A stretch of DNA of 62,943 nucleotides, counting the filler, from Choristocarpus tenellus KU-1152 (taxonomy: Eukaryota > Protista > Phaeophyceae): assembly GCA_964200185.2 (NCBI GenBank). It is 10 parts of 10 records of this genome, joined end to end, with 100 filler letters (N's around TTAATTAATTAA, not from the genome) between each part and the next. Parts side by side here need not be neighbours in the genome. Positions count along the whole stretch, not along the records: positions 51,748 to 55,135 come from CAXNAD020020377.1; positions 55,236 to 59,631 come from CAXNAD020014749.1; positions 59,732 to 62,943 come from CAXNAD020021501.1; 7 more parts are not named here. The stretch is one strand, 5' to 3'. A program made the translations under genes and the position numbers. Under the pieces are notes generated by a model. It had not been told where the DNA came from. It was given only the letters and a program-made list of their open reading frames with translations, and did no database searches. Position 1 is the stretch's first letter. Each line of letters begins with the position of its first letter. Shown here piece by piece: positions 51,858 to 62,943 of this stretch.

Positions 51858-54800
51858 CCCCTCAATAGACAAGAGCGCTCGGACTGGGATTGCATTCGAT
51901 GTAAATCCATCTACAGGAAATGATGCCTGGAGCCTGACTCTCTCAAGAGTGCTTCGATAACCTCCATGGAAACGCAGACCTGTGATTCCTGCTCCTCCAT
52001 TGACCCAGCATTGCAAGCAAGGAAATGACTTGAGTATATACATGTTTGAGCCCCACTTGTTGGTAATCCCTGGGCTTGGTGTTTCAGAAAATGGCTACTG
52101 GACAAACATTCACACACTGAAGCATTTCTTGCCTAGAGTATTGTAGATGAGCATGCCAGTGTGAATTTTCAAACTCAAAGGCCTAACATTACAATAGTAC
52201 TCTGGAGTAGCATGCAGTCACCAAATATTGGTGGGCATTGAGCACATACGAATCTGAACTTGTCATAAAGGATACACAGTTGTGATTCAAGTTGGAGTTT
52301 TGGGTTTCCAGCTCTATGTTTATATAGTAGTACGATTGACAAATGTGGTTCAAGAATATAGCTCCTTGCCCTAGGTCGAGACTATTTCATGCCCGGCACA
52401 ATTCCCTGCATGTTATTTCAAGTCAATGAATTGGGTGTGTGGTAGTTCTCAAGGTTGGGGCTACGTATGTGAATAAAGTACGATTTCTCTTGGAAATCGG
52501 AACTAAGTATCTGGGGGGATGGTGGTTGCTGTCCATTCGGGGCCCATTTTTCCATGTCACGATTTTAGGGTGATTTGGTTGCATGCCTCGGATGGATGAT
52601 GTAAGTGCAAATCTCCAGGTTAGGGCCTGAATGAACCCCTTGGTGTAGACCCCTCCCCCTCCCCCCACAGACACCTCAAGTCATCCCTTTCTGAAATTAG
52701 CATTCTCACATATTTCCTCCATTATTCAGGGTGAGGAATTCAAATTTACTCACCTTCCAGTGAGGTGAAGTTTACCCTTGACATGCTGAGCACTGAACCC
52801 CCCGGCAATACTGAGAGCCAGCGACCCATGAACACACAGTTCTCAATCATAAAGACCTGCACAACAAACCGTGATTGACTCCCTTTGTCATATGTTACCC
52901 CATAAGCGCACAACCACGTAATCCATTTCTGTTTCTGAAATTCTCAAGTAAAATCATTGTAGTGTTAACTTTAGAACTTGTATTGAACTCTCACCAAGTC
53001 AGGTTGTGGCAAACTGGACCAAGGATCGTACCTGTCCAATGTCAAGTATATAATACTGTTACCATCGAGAAGTGATCATGAAAAGAATAAGTAGCATGAG
53101 TTTCTAGGAAGAAGATAAAAAATAGGAGGACATAGGAGGACGTGGCAATAGGGCTCTACTGAATAGAAATAATCACTTGAAAACGATGTAGAGGAAGAAA
53201 ATTCGCATGGAAAATAAACCACAATAGTTAAGAAGCGCATGATTACAAAGCATAGCGTCTGAGAGGATTTTTTGTCATGGGCATTACATCCAGACTGGAT
53301 TAACCTTTTATGACAATGTTGAGCTAGGCTATGCCCGGATTGAACTGGTAGCACGCTACGGAAATTGGTCAATAGAAATCTCTTTCACATCCATGCATGG
53401 CACATTCTAGGCAAGGTTTCTCTATTTAGAACAAATTTCATGTAGATCGATGATCTGAGTGATGAATTGCTTGATAATATTTCGAATTTGGAGCAAGAGC
53501 TAATTTACCCAGTGCAAACAAGGGTCCTGAAATCCCAACAAAAATAATGTAATGAGTCAAATTAAGAGGCAAGTTAGAACACAATCAATTCTCAACCATT
53601 CACATTTTCCTTATTGGGTCAAATTGCCATAAATACTGTCTACTGTCTACCTGTTGAACTCACCTCACCACTTGTCGAGATAATGATTGAATCTGCTTCC
53701 TCTATTGCATTCGACCCTATTTGTACAGAAAAATTATACGACGTTGTCCTTTTCAAGAAGGAGGAGAAGAGAAGCTCCTCCAGAATGCCGCCGTGGATCA
53801 TTAGATCTGACGCATGTTCCCCTCCAGCTGTTGCAACGTTTCCTCTAAAACAGGGTTGACAGGAGGATCAAGCAAGTGGTCAAGCAGTGTAAGGCCATGA
53901 AGAAGGGAGGTATGATGTGAAGAATGTCAAATGAATAGGGGAAAGGGAATGGAGAGGAAAAGAACGAATAGCTTAGCCTAGAGAGTGTGTGAGACTAACA
54001 ACATGGTGTTCGTATCCAGAACGACACCCCTCTACAGGATTATTTCTTTGGAATGTGTTCTCCCTCCCTTGATGAGTAAGTACAGATACTTCGGATCCCA
54101 TTTCCAAGCTAAGCTGCTCAATAACCGCATCTACCACATATTCTCAAGACTTGGATCTTTAATTCCAGTCTCATCATAGAGTCAAGCCTAAACTCAAACA
54201 TTTTCAGCAAAAAAACACATTACCAATCCCTGCCCAGTGCGAATAATATAGGCAATCACATCTCATCCAGATTTGCAACCCTAACCCTGAAGTCAAGCTA
54301 CACTGCAAAAAAAAGAGATCCCTTAGGGTTCAGACAATGATTCAGAAAATCCTGGGCAAGCCTGACTCACATGTTATTCTGGAAGTCACAGCGATATATT
54401 TTCGAAATCAGCCCCCCCCTGAAAATAGCTATCCCCCCTGCTCCGTTCATTCCGGTGTTGTTGGTAAACGTTGATCGAGCAATTAACTCCACCTGTAATA
54501 CACCATACCAGGATGCAGTTGTGGGTTGCTGTGGAATAGAAGGACACCTATCTTTGGAGATCACTATTGATGAAAGGGATTGAGCATATTTAGCTCGTCG
54601 TGTGTCTGAGGCTATAATCATCCATGATTAGAAAATGATCTCCTGTTGGAGGACAGAGTACTACATTCAACAAAATGAACAATACATGAGAAAGTAGCAG
54701 CAAAAACTGCATTGTACACCTATCTTTGGAGATCACTATTAATGAAAGGATGGAGCACATTTAGCTTGTTGTACGTCTGAGGCTGTAATTATCCATGAAT

Positions 54801-55135
54801 GGAAAATGATCTACTGTCGGAGGACAGAGTACTACACATTCAACAACATCAATGATACATGAGAAAGTAGCAGCAAAAATTATATTGTGTCTGGAGGAAG
54901 AGGTCAAGCATTGAAGGCATTGACCAAAACAATATACTTAGCAATGCTTACCTTAGACCCTGTACCACTGACCGACAACCCCCCCCCTGTCCCACCACTG
55001 TTCCCCTCTATCAAGACATCCTCCACAGCTGTGACCACTGACCCATTCCCCACGAATATCCCCCCCCCCCCCAAGCCCCCCCCCCTGTTTTCGCCCCCCG
55101 TGCAACTTTTCCTTGATTCTACCCGGGAACCCCCC
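51858..55135 (-). CDS. Pmp/POMP-like parallel beta-helix protein, internal exons 55135-54952, 54492-54371, 53844-53664, 52856-52754, 51979-51858
   Basis: GGGIFV..IEGNSG..GGGLSV, STFTNNTG..GGIAI, CDFQNN (GGA-like and FxxN motifs); five exons join in phase. Confidence 0.75.
54545..54880. repeat. Intronic direct duplication, period ~172 bp
   Basis: ACACCTATCTTTGGAGATCACTATT...GAGAAAGTAGCAGCAAAAA occurs twice. Confidence 0.9.
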
Positions 55136-55785
55136 NNNNNNNNNNNNNNNNNNNNNNNNNNNNNNNNNNNNNNNNNNNNTTAATTAATTAANNNNNNNNN
55201 NNNNNNNNNNNNNNNNNNNNNNNNNNNNNNNNNNNCCCCCAATGACCATTTGACCATATCAACATCCTCGCTGCGTAAAGTGTAAAACCTCCATTACCTT
55301 GTCTTTGCCATGGGCTGTGGGTTACCTAGTGTGGAGGAGTCTGAGCCCACGCAGAGACTGGATGTGGCCATTTGCTTGCTGATGAGTGCCAGATGTCTTG
55401 ACCTAGGGACACTCTTGGGATATGTGCCCTCTATTCACTCGGTGGTGTCCGTTATGTGAGTTGAAGGTTTCCTTGGTTCTGTGATGAACTTGTGGTGCAT
55501 GTGTGTGTGTGTGTGTGTGGTACTATTGTGGTGGTAATGTCCCCTTCAATTTGTGTTTTATCTTTTTTGATTATTATTATTGTTATTATTAATATTGTGT
55601 TTTATTTGTTTTACTGTCGTTGATTTGCGTACTCTGTATGTATGTAATTTTTTTTGTAGCAGGGATGGGTTAAGCATTTTCGTTGCTTTCTGTCTTGGTT
55701 AGTGTGAGAGGGGTTTGTGTGAGAGGGTGAACCAAGCTGGGTGGATAGGTGTTGTGTTGTGTAAATCATGAGAGATGGTGGGTGT

Positions 55786-55925
55786 CAACACTGTGTTATG
55801 TTCATGATATCACTCAGCACTGTGCTATGTTCATGATATCACTCAACACTGTGCTATGTCCATGATAGCACTCAACATTGTGTTATGCCCATGATATAAC
55901 ATACAACACTGTGTTATGTTCATGA
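55786..55925. repeat. 29-bp minisatellite, ~5 units
   Basis: CAACACTGTGYTATGTTCATGATATCACT. Confidence 0.9.
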
Positions 55926-57015
55926 CACTGGAGACCAATTCAAATGTTGCACCTCTAGTGCCCATAACACTCCAGTCCAAAGCATTACGCATCTTGTTTG
56001 GTTCCTCTGGAGCACATAACATTTAATGCTACCACTTTTGTGGTATCATAGTGTTGTGAATGTGTTGTGTTTTCCAAGTTACATGTTAACACTTTTGTGA
56101 ACATAGTGTTATGAAAGTGTTATGAAAGTGTGATGATGATGCACAGTAGTGTAGTACGTAACATCCATAACTTAGTTCAATAAGTTTCTTTTCCTTTCTA
56201 CTCTTTCTTTACTTTGTTTTTTAAAAAGCTACCTTTTATTTGAAACAGTGATCTCTTTAGGGGGAGGAAAGAAAAACGTAATAATGTTGGAATATTTATG
56301 TTCTTTTCATCTATCATGCAATTGTTCCATTCAATATCATTCTGATTAAAAAAGAAATACTGTCCCTGTCTCTTACATATTTTATTGTCAGCGTACATCT
56401 TTGGGCACTTCCCAGGTATGATAGGAATGGAATCTTTATTCAAAGAAGATACTACATACCTTGGGGTCTTTTTTTGTTGTTGTAGTACCTAATGTTATTT
56501 TGATTTTTTTTGGGAAAAGCATTTTGAGCAAAGCATATATTGAGCATATATCAGCCAATCCCTAAACCTTTGACCGTACTCACGGCCTATAGGGTTAGGG
56601 TTAATACCTCATGCTGTAATAGAACAAATAATAAAATATACAATGGGATATAATGAAGTTGTGCTGGAGCCTGGGTTAAAAAGTAATCCCTCACAAAATT
56701 GAGACATATTTGAGTGTTTTGAACTGTCCTTGAAAGTAGATTTTGTTTAATTGAATCCCAGCTGGCACCAACCATTAGGGCAGTGATAATGTTGGTGTTT
56801 TAAGCTCATGACTCCCAACAGGCACTAACCATTAGGGCTGTGGTAATGTTGGTGTTTTAAGCTCATGATGTGATGTGCAGACATGGACTGGGGGGTTATA
56901 GTATCTTTTTTTCATGGAAATGATGAAAAGTCATTTTTTGTGATGGAAATGAACACATCATTTTGTTGAAAGGTTTGTATACTCAAAAGGTATATATATA
57001 TATTTCTTGAAACAG

Positions 57016-57272
57016 TATTTTGGTAAGAGACTATGTTAAGTTATACTGTGTTTTCGGTAGGAGACTATGTTAAGTTATACTGTGTTTTTGGTAAGAGACT
57101 ATGTTAAGTTATATTGTATTTTTGGTAGGAGACTATCTTAAGTTATACTGTGTTTTTGGTAAGAGACTATGTTAAGTTATATTGTGTTTTTGGTAGGATA
57201 CTATGTTAAGTTATACTGTGTTTTTGGTAAGAGACTATGTTAAGTTATATTGTGTTTTTGGTAAGAGACTAT
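57016..57272. repeat. 35-bp minisatellite, ~7 units
   Basis: TTTTTGGTARGAGACTATGTTAAGTTATAYTGTG head-to-tail. Confidence 0.92.
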
Positions 57273-57865
57273 CCAAAGTTATGTAGTGTTTTTGTTTGAA
57301 AAAAGAAGTTCCGTGTTTTTGTAAATTTTGAGGAGACAGTGAACCTGGCAATTTCACAAGGTGATTTGGTAATGCGTATGAGGAGAGATGTTTTGACTCT
57401 GTCCTTGGTGCCTTTTTTCAATGTACAATAGAACACAACTAGCGGTTCAACTCCGGTCCAAGCACAGTTCAAAGCGTTTGACCATGGGTGGAGTAAGAGT
57501 TATGGTACAGTCCATAGTCTGTTTCATGTTGAAGAAACAGTAGTTTTGAAGGTACAATAGTTTTGAAGGTACAGTAGTTTTGAAGGGCATATTCATTCCT
57601 AAAGCTTTCCTTAGTGTTTCAAATCAAATTGCTCTTTTCTTTATTTTTCATTATTATTTTTTTTTGCTTTTTTTTTTTTGTCACCTCCTGTATTTTACAG
57701 AATTGGAACCAGTGGGTCCAAAGGTCTCATCTTTTCTCACTATCTGATGAGCGCATGGTGTAATTTGAGAGGCACACTGATGGGACGAGGTGGTATTTGA
57801 AGACTAACACTGGTTCTAAATAATCCATCTAAATGATACGTCCCTTTTAATGCATGTACTTCCAG

Positions 57866-59130
57866 GTATACCATCACGCCCAATCTATTTGCACAGGCTG
57901 GGGTTATCTTCACGATCTTCCATGTGTATGCCTATGTTGGGATGGTCATCTATGGTGGAGTGATCACTGCAGACAGGGACTATGGGGTACGATGTGTAGA
58001 ACTTCATATAATAATCAACAGTACTATGGTACAATGTACAATAATCAACAGTACTATGGTACAATGTACAATAATCAACAGTACTATGATACAATGTACA
58101 ATAATCAACAGTATTATGGTACAGTCTACAAAAATCAACGGTACTATGATACAATATACAACGATCAAGAGTACCTTGATACAATGTACAACAATCAACA
58201 GTACCTTGATACAATGTACAACAATCAACAGTATTATGGTACAATGTACAACAATCAACAGTACTATGATACAATATACAACAATCAACAGTACCTTGAT
58301 ACAATGTACAACAATCAACAGTATTATGGTACAATGTACAACAATCAACACCACCATTATGCAATCGTGTGTGGTTGTATGAACCTTTCTCCTGTTACTC
58401 TAAACCTTTTCTTAGTGATGGTGAGTGTTCGTTCTAAGAAAAGGCTTGTGTGGCGTGGCAGCGAACCTGCTGTACTTGGTTCTATGTGCTATCAATACAT
58501 ATACATATGTCTGTCTTTGTAGTGATGTTGCAGTTGGTGGGATGTCGACGGAAGACAGCCTTTGCTATCGGGATGAGGCGGGGGATGCGGTATTGTTGTA
58601 CATACCTTTAGGAAATCTACTTGTTTCTTTGTTTAAGATGAAGAAACAAAACTATTCCGTAGTATACATTTTTTTTTTTTAACTTGTTTTTTTTTTCTGT
58701 TTTGCAAAATTGTTGTAGAATATTATTGAACTTTTTTTGTCATGTTTGAAAAAAAAGATTTACTTCTCCATCTTCGAATTAACATATATATGTATATATA
58801 TACATACTCCAGAGCATACTCCAGAGCGTCACAGAACTGCTCCGGTCCTTCAGTTTGTCGAAATTGACAAATAGCGGTAGCAGGCTTGGTACAGGTAAAA
58901 AAAGCTGGTAACATATATTTTTTGTTTTTATTATCTTGAATGCGTGAAGGGTTAGGGTTGCTATCAATACGTGTATGTATCCCTCTCTCCGTCCCCACCT
59001 TGGTTTGTTGTGCATTGCTCCCCACACAGGACACTCCTTTTGGAGCCTCGCCGTTCTACTATGAGAACAATTTCAACTCGTATCCAGAGAGCCTTGTCAC
59101 GCTGTTTGAGGTTCTGGTGGGCAATAACTG
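57866..59130 (+). CDS. Two-pore channel (TPC) domain II S5-pore exons 57866-57986 and 59030-59130
   Basis: IFTIFHVYAYVGMVIYGGVI..DYG|DTPFGASPFYYENNFNSYPESLVTLFEVLVGNNW matches the TPC YYxNNF...VTLFxLxVxNNW signature. Confidence 0.85.
58009..58362. repeat. 30-bp intronic minisatellite, ~11.5 units
   Basis: ACAAYAATCAACAGTACTATGRTACAATGT. Confidence 0.95.
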
Positions 59131-59762
59131 GTGAGGGTCTTGATCCCTACAAGAGATCTGACGTATATCCCACATTGGTTATTGCAAGGGGAGGCGTTGT
59201 AGGGCAGGCTGTGTAAGGTGTAAGGTGTAAGGTGTGTCTGAAAACAGTTTTTGGTGTGTTTTTATTGTGTTTTTAGTGTCTGGTTTGTCTAGCGGAATTT
59301 GCAGGCCCTTGATGTTCTTGTGGTGATGCTCTGTGACTTGCTACAGGAGAGTTGTCTTCTTGTCTATTGTACTATTGAAACAGTTGGATATGCTTAGATA
59401 TCGGAAGGACAACCCAATTTGACCCTTACATACGTATGTGTTTGTATATATATAATCATATATATATATATATGGATGTTTATCTACATTATTATTTTTA
59501 TTTTATCACTGAAATCTTATAAGGGAAAATAGAGTGGTTGTGACAAGTAGTAGAACATGCGGTATGGATTATAGGGGCTGGGAGGTTTGGATTTTGTTAA
59601 TGTGTGTGTGTATTATTTGAGGGGCGGGGGGNNNNNNNNNNNNNNNNNNNNNNNNNNNNNNNNNNNNNNNNNNNNTTAATTAATTAANNNNNNNNNNNNN
59701 NNNNNNNNNNNNNNNNNNNNNNNNNNNNNNNCGCCCGCCCCCCAGACACCATCCCAAAGCAC

Positions 59763-61802
59763 CTTTGGCAAGGCATGCATACTGGCCCACAGCACAGCGA
59801 GGATGGAGGGCGGAAGACCTTCACTCTTCGCCTCAATCGCCGGCGATGTCACCATTGAGTTAACTGCAGGATTGGATGGAGAAGCCTCGGCACCGATACC
59901 GCCTCCTGGGACGGCATCTCTCACGTCAGATGTCGAAAGAGAGTCACCATCCCCCTTCCGTGAGGCAGATAAGCGCCGTGTCTTATTCCCCAGGATAGTC
60001 GCAAGGCTCCGCCAAGCATCATCGTCGCTGTGGCCTGCTACAGCGGGGAGGGAGCCCGCCAGAGCCAACGACATGGCCTGCGACCCACAGACCTGGCAGG
60101 AGGGTCAATCGAGAGGGGCGGAGTGGAGGAGAAGGTAAGGAGGAGGGACAATGAAGATGGGTCGGGTGTTCTTGTTTCAGAGCAAAAGGTGGGCTGAAAT
60201 ATTGGTTTGTCACTCACTCCCAACTCATCGATCACTTGGAAATCCAAAACACTCTACATGTAAGTAAAAATAAGAAATAAACCAACCGCAGACAAGCTTC
60301 GTGTCCGTCTCAGAACCAAACCTGACCTCAGTGATCTTTCTCGAACCCAAGTCTGAACCTACCAATTTGACCGAAGAGAACTCGGTCCGTTCCTTTGAAG
60401 TATAAAACAAAGCGATCTTAGTCTCAGACCAAGACTTACCACTACGGATTCGGATTAGGAACCTGGATTTAGACCTGGACCCGGACCTAGACTCAGACCC
60501 GGACCGGACCTGGATCCAGTACTGTGGTCAAGGACTCGGACCCAGGTCTAAATGCAGCACTGTTGTGAGATAAAAAAGAGAACCAGATCTACACCTCCCA
60601 AACCTACTAGGAGCAAATGGAAAGAAAAAAAAAAACTGGACCTGGACCTCGATGCAGTACACTTGGACCAGTACCCTGTACTAAGTCCAAGGACTCAGAC
60701 ACCGCCCTCAACCCAACAGCGTGCCTGCAGAGAATCGGGTCCACACCTCTTGCTATCCAGAACAATAGACCAAGGTCATGTGAAAGACCCTAGCACAGAA
60801 CATATCAGACAAAACGCCTCCATGATTCATGACCTCTTACTGTAGGCACTTTCCAAAGGAGCACAGGTATAGTACAGGAGGGCCAGCTGCTACTACACAT
60901 CACCTACAACTTCGAAGCTCCCAACATATAATATTCAAAGAACAATATATTCCAAACCGATACCCACATTGATAACTGAATCAGCGCATGAGGGAAGTGC
61001 ATCCTTCTTGTCTTCTAGGCCACTGCACTTGCGAAGCAAGGTCCTTGATTCTTCCATCGAGAGGGTTCCCACATCCACCATTGTGGTACTTTGAGATTGG
61101 GATAAGAGCGATCTGCACACGAAGTACAGCCACGCATAGTGTTTAGGGGGGGGGGTTAGAGGGTAAGGACTTCACAAGGGTGCTGGGTGGAGACATTGGC
61201 AATGTCCAAAAGGGAGATTATGTGCAGCGGAGCATGTTGCATCGTTGAGCTCTTGAAATCACTTTGTACCATACACTACAGAGTACAAAAACATGGTACT
61301 TCTACTGCAGTTCTGTTCTTGACCACTCCTACGTTTCAATAAGTATATATCTACATACATAAAGTGTGTGTCTACACAAGTACGTTGTCATCCAGCGGCG
61401 GGTCCACCCACACATCCCTCCGACATACCTTCTTCTAGTGGTCACAAGCGCATCAAAACCCGCCAACAGCACCAGCTGCACCACCTCCGCCTCCCACGTA
61501 TCATCCAAAACCGCCAAGCATCGCCTCCCCCTGGAAATACACATCACATGAGGAGCTAACTCAGCAGCCAGCACACTCGCAGGCCCCAGTTCCAACCCTG
61601 CCGATCCTCCTCCTGCTGCCACTTCAGTCCAATTTCCGGTTTCCAGTCTCCTGTCTGGTACTCTCCTCTTGTGCCTTGATGATTGCAAAGAACCAGCAAC
61701 ACCAGAGTCACTACTGGATGTGTTGACTCTTGGGAGTGTGCGGAGCGCTCTTGTCAGGCGACGCATAAATTCCTCCAGGTCCTTGCCTGCGCCTTGGCCA
61801 AC
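59763..61802 (-). CDS. NB-ARC (STAND ATPase) protein, internal exons 61802-61429, 61112-60968, 60092-59763
   Basis: VGQGAGKDLEEFMRRL (RNBS-A end), Walker B CLAVLDDTW, RNBS-B LVTTR, VGTLSMEESRTLL (RNBS-C), degenerate GLPLA CGSQAMSLALAGSL, SILAVLWAS; exons join in phase. Confidence 0.85.
60300..60700. repeat. Degenerate hexamer repeat (GGACCY/AGACYC) in an NB-ARC intron
   Basis: GGACCCGGACCTAGACTCAGACCCGGACC... Confidence 0.7.
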
Positions 61803-62662
61803 CTGAACAACACAAGTACAAAAGTAGCGTGTTCAGTTCAAATCAAGCAAAAGAGTTCAATTCAAGCAAAAAGGGCAGGAGAGGGGCCAGGGGGAACTGT
61901 GCTTAGTTGGGGGACTAATCTTCTTTTTCTTCTTTTGGGGTGTGGAGGGGGGAGTACGTACCACTACGTTGTGTCAGAGCACACGCCTGCCTATGCCATT
62001 TATCAACGTGTGATACAAACATGAGATACCAATGCCAGAGAATAGAGAGCTAGAGAGAGCGAACGCTTGCTCAAAACCGTTTGTTTTTTTTGTTCCTTAC
62101 TCTTTAAACTCGCCAGTTATCGCCTCTTGACAGGGCATAGTACGTTCCTTTTGGGGGGGGGCACACACCTTACTCGGGTACACCTGCAGCAGCCAGTCGT
62201 TACATTTCAATAATCAACCACGGCATAATTTGCAGCCTGCTCAAGATGTTCTTCCCGGAGCAAGATGAAGAACATTCCCTGCTTGATCCCAACACAGAGC
62301 AGGCATGAGATGCTATAGGGTACCACAGGGCGAAATAAACATATTGGGTCGATGCGCTGCAGAGGTGATCTGCAACAGCATATTCGATACTCCTTGGGAC
62401 ATCCTTTGACCACATAGCAACCATGTTGTACAAATAACACCCCCAATCCCCTCCCCTCTCTCTACCGAGCTATAAATCGTACCACATCTTGCCATGGCTT
62501 ACACACACTCCCAAAACAGAGGAAGATCGCCTCTTCTTGAAAGAGAGTCCTGACAATAGACTGCATGCTGCAGGAAACATTCCCCACCTCTTCATGGTAC
62601 AGTATATTTCATGATGCAACACTCTCTCGCCAACACAGCACAACGGCTTCGACTCTTTTCAT

Positions 62663-62702
<40 letters not shown>

Positions 62703-62943
62703 AATGGAAAAGAAAAAAATAATAATTTCAAATAGGCAACAACAAAACAAAACAAACAAACAAACAAAAATCCCTCATCCCAACCGGAAGATACAAAAAT
62801 ACATGGGAAAAAAAAAGGTTACATACATAGGATCAGCGCGCCCGCTATAAAACAAAAATATATATATGGAGGGGGGGGGGGGGGGGGGGGGGGGGGAGAG
62901 GCCCCGCCATGGTGGGAAGAGAAAGGGGGGGGGGGGGGGGGGG

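Noticed and set aside
52995-53031. Extra exon in the Pmp-like gene
   Set aside because: It has a stop in the required phase, and the flanking exons join in frame without it
55786-58362. 29-, 35- and 30-bp repeat arrays as CRISPR
   Set aside because: Units are head-to-tail with no unique spacers, there are no cas genes, and the context is eukaryotic introns
57854-58522. 222-aa Y/N/Q-rich prion-like protein
   Set aside because: It is a translation of a minisatellite overlapping a TPC exon in another frame
62200-62550. Upstream NB-ARC exons (P-loop)
   Set aside because: No Walker A motif in any listed frame and no clean phase match
1-62943. Defence or biosynthetic gene cluster (NB-ARC, TPC, sulfotransferase, protease)
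   Set aside because: The genes sit on separate contigs joined by artificial linkers

Overview
Eukaryotic, intron-rich genomic DNA, most likely a brown alga or close stramenopile relative. This is inferred from the gene families and the long GT-AG introns; I ran no database search. The window is ten short contigs joined by artificial 100-nt linkers (44 N + TTAATTAATTAA + 44 N), so no synteny can be read across them. Partial spliced genes with phase-consistent exons: a secreted S8 subtilisin, a TPR protein, a mitochondrial trans-2-enoyl-CoA reductase (MECR-like), a Golgi-type PAPS sulfotransferase, a Pmp/POMP-like beta-helix protein, a two-pore channel and an NB-ARC protein, plus several unidentified exons. 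Much of the rest is mobile DNA: decayed Copia elements, an LTR family with a tRNA-Gln-like PBS, a CRE-like non-LTR 3' end, satellites and two related MITE families. Best candidate for a new system: a Sola2-like DNA transposon family, made of 12 full ~255-bp GAG...CTC MITEs plus one partial copy (mixed 3/4-bp TSDs), a sister ~175-bp MITE family, orphan termini and a decayed DDD-type transposase at ~16.6-17.4 kb. Second candidate: a decayed Polinton-like-virus capsid-like reading frame inside a subtilisin intron.
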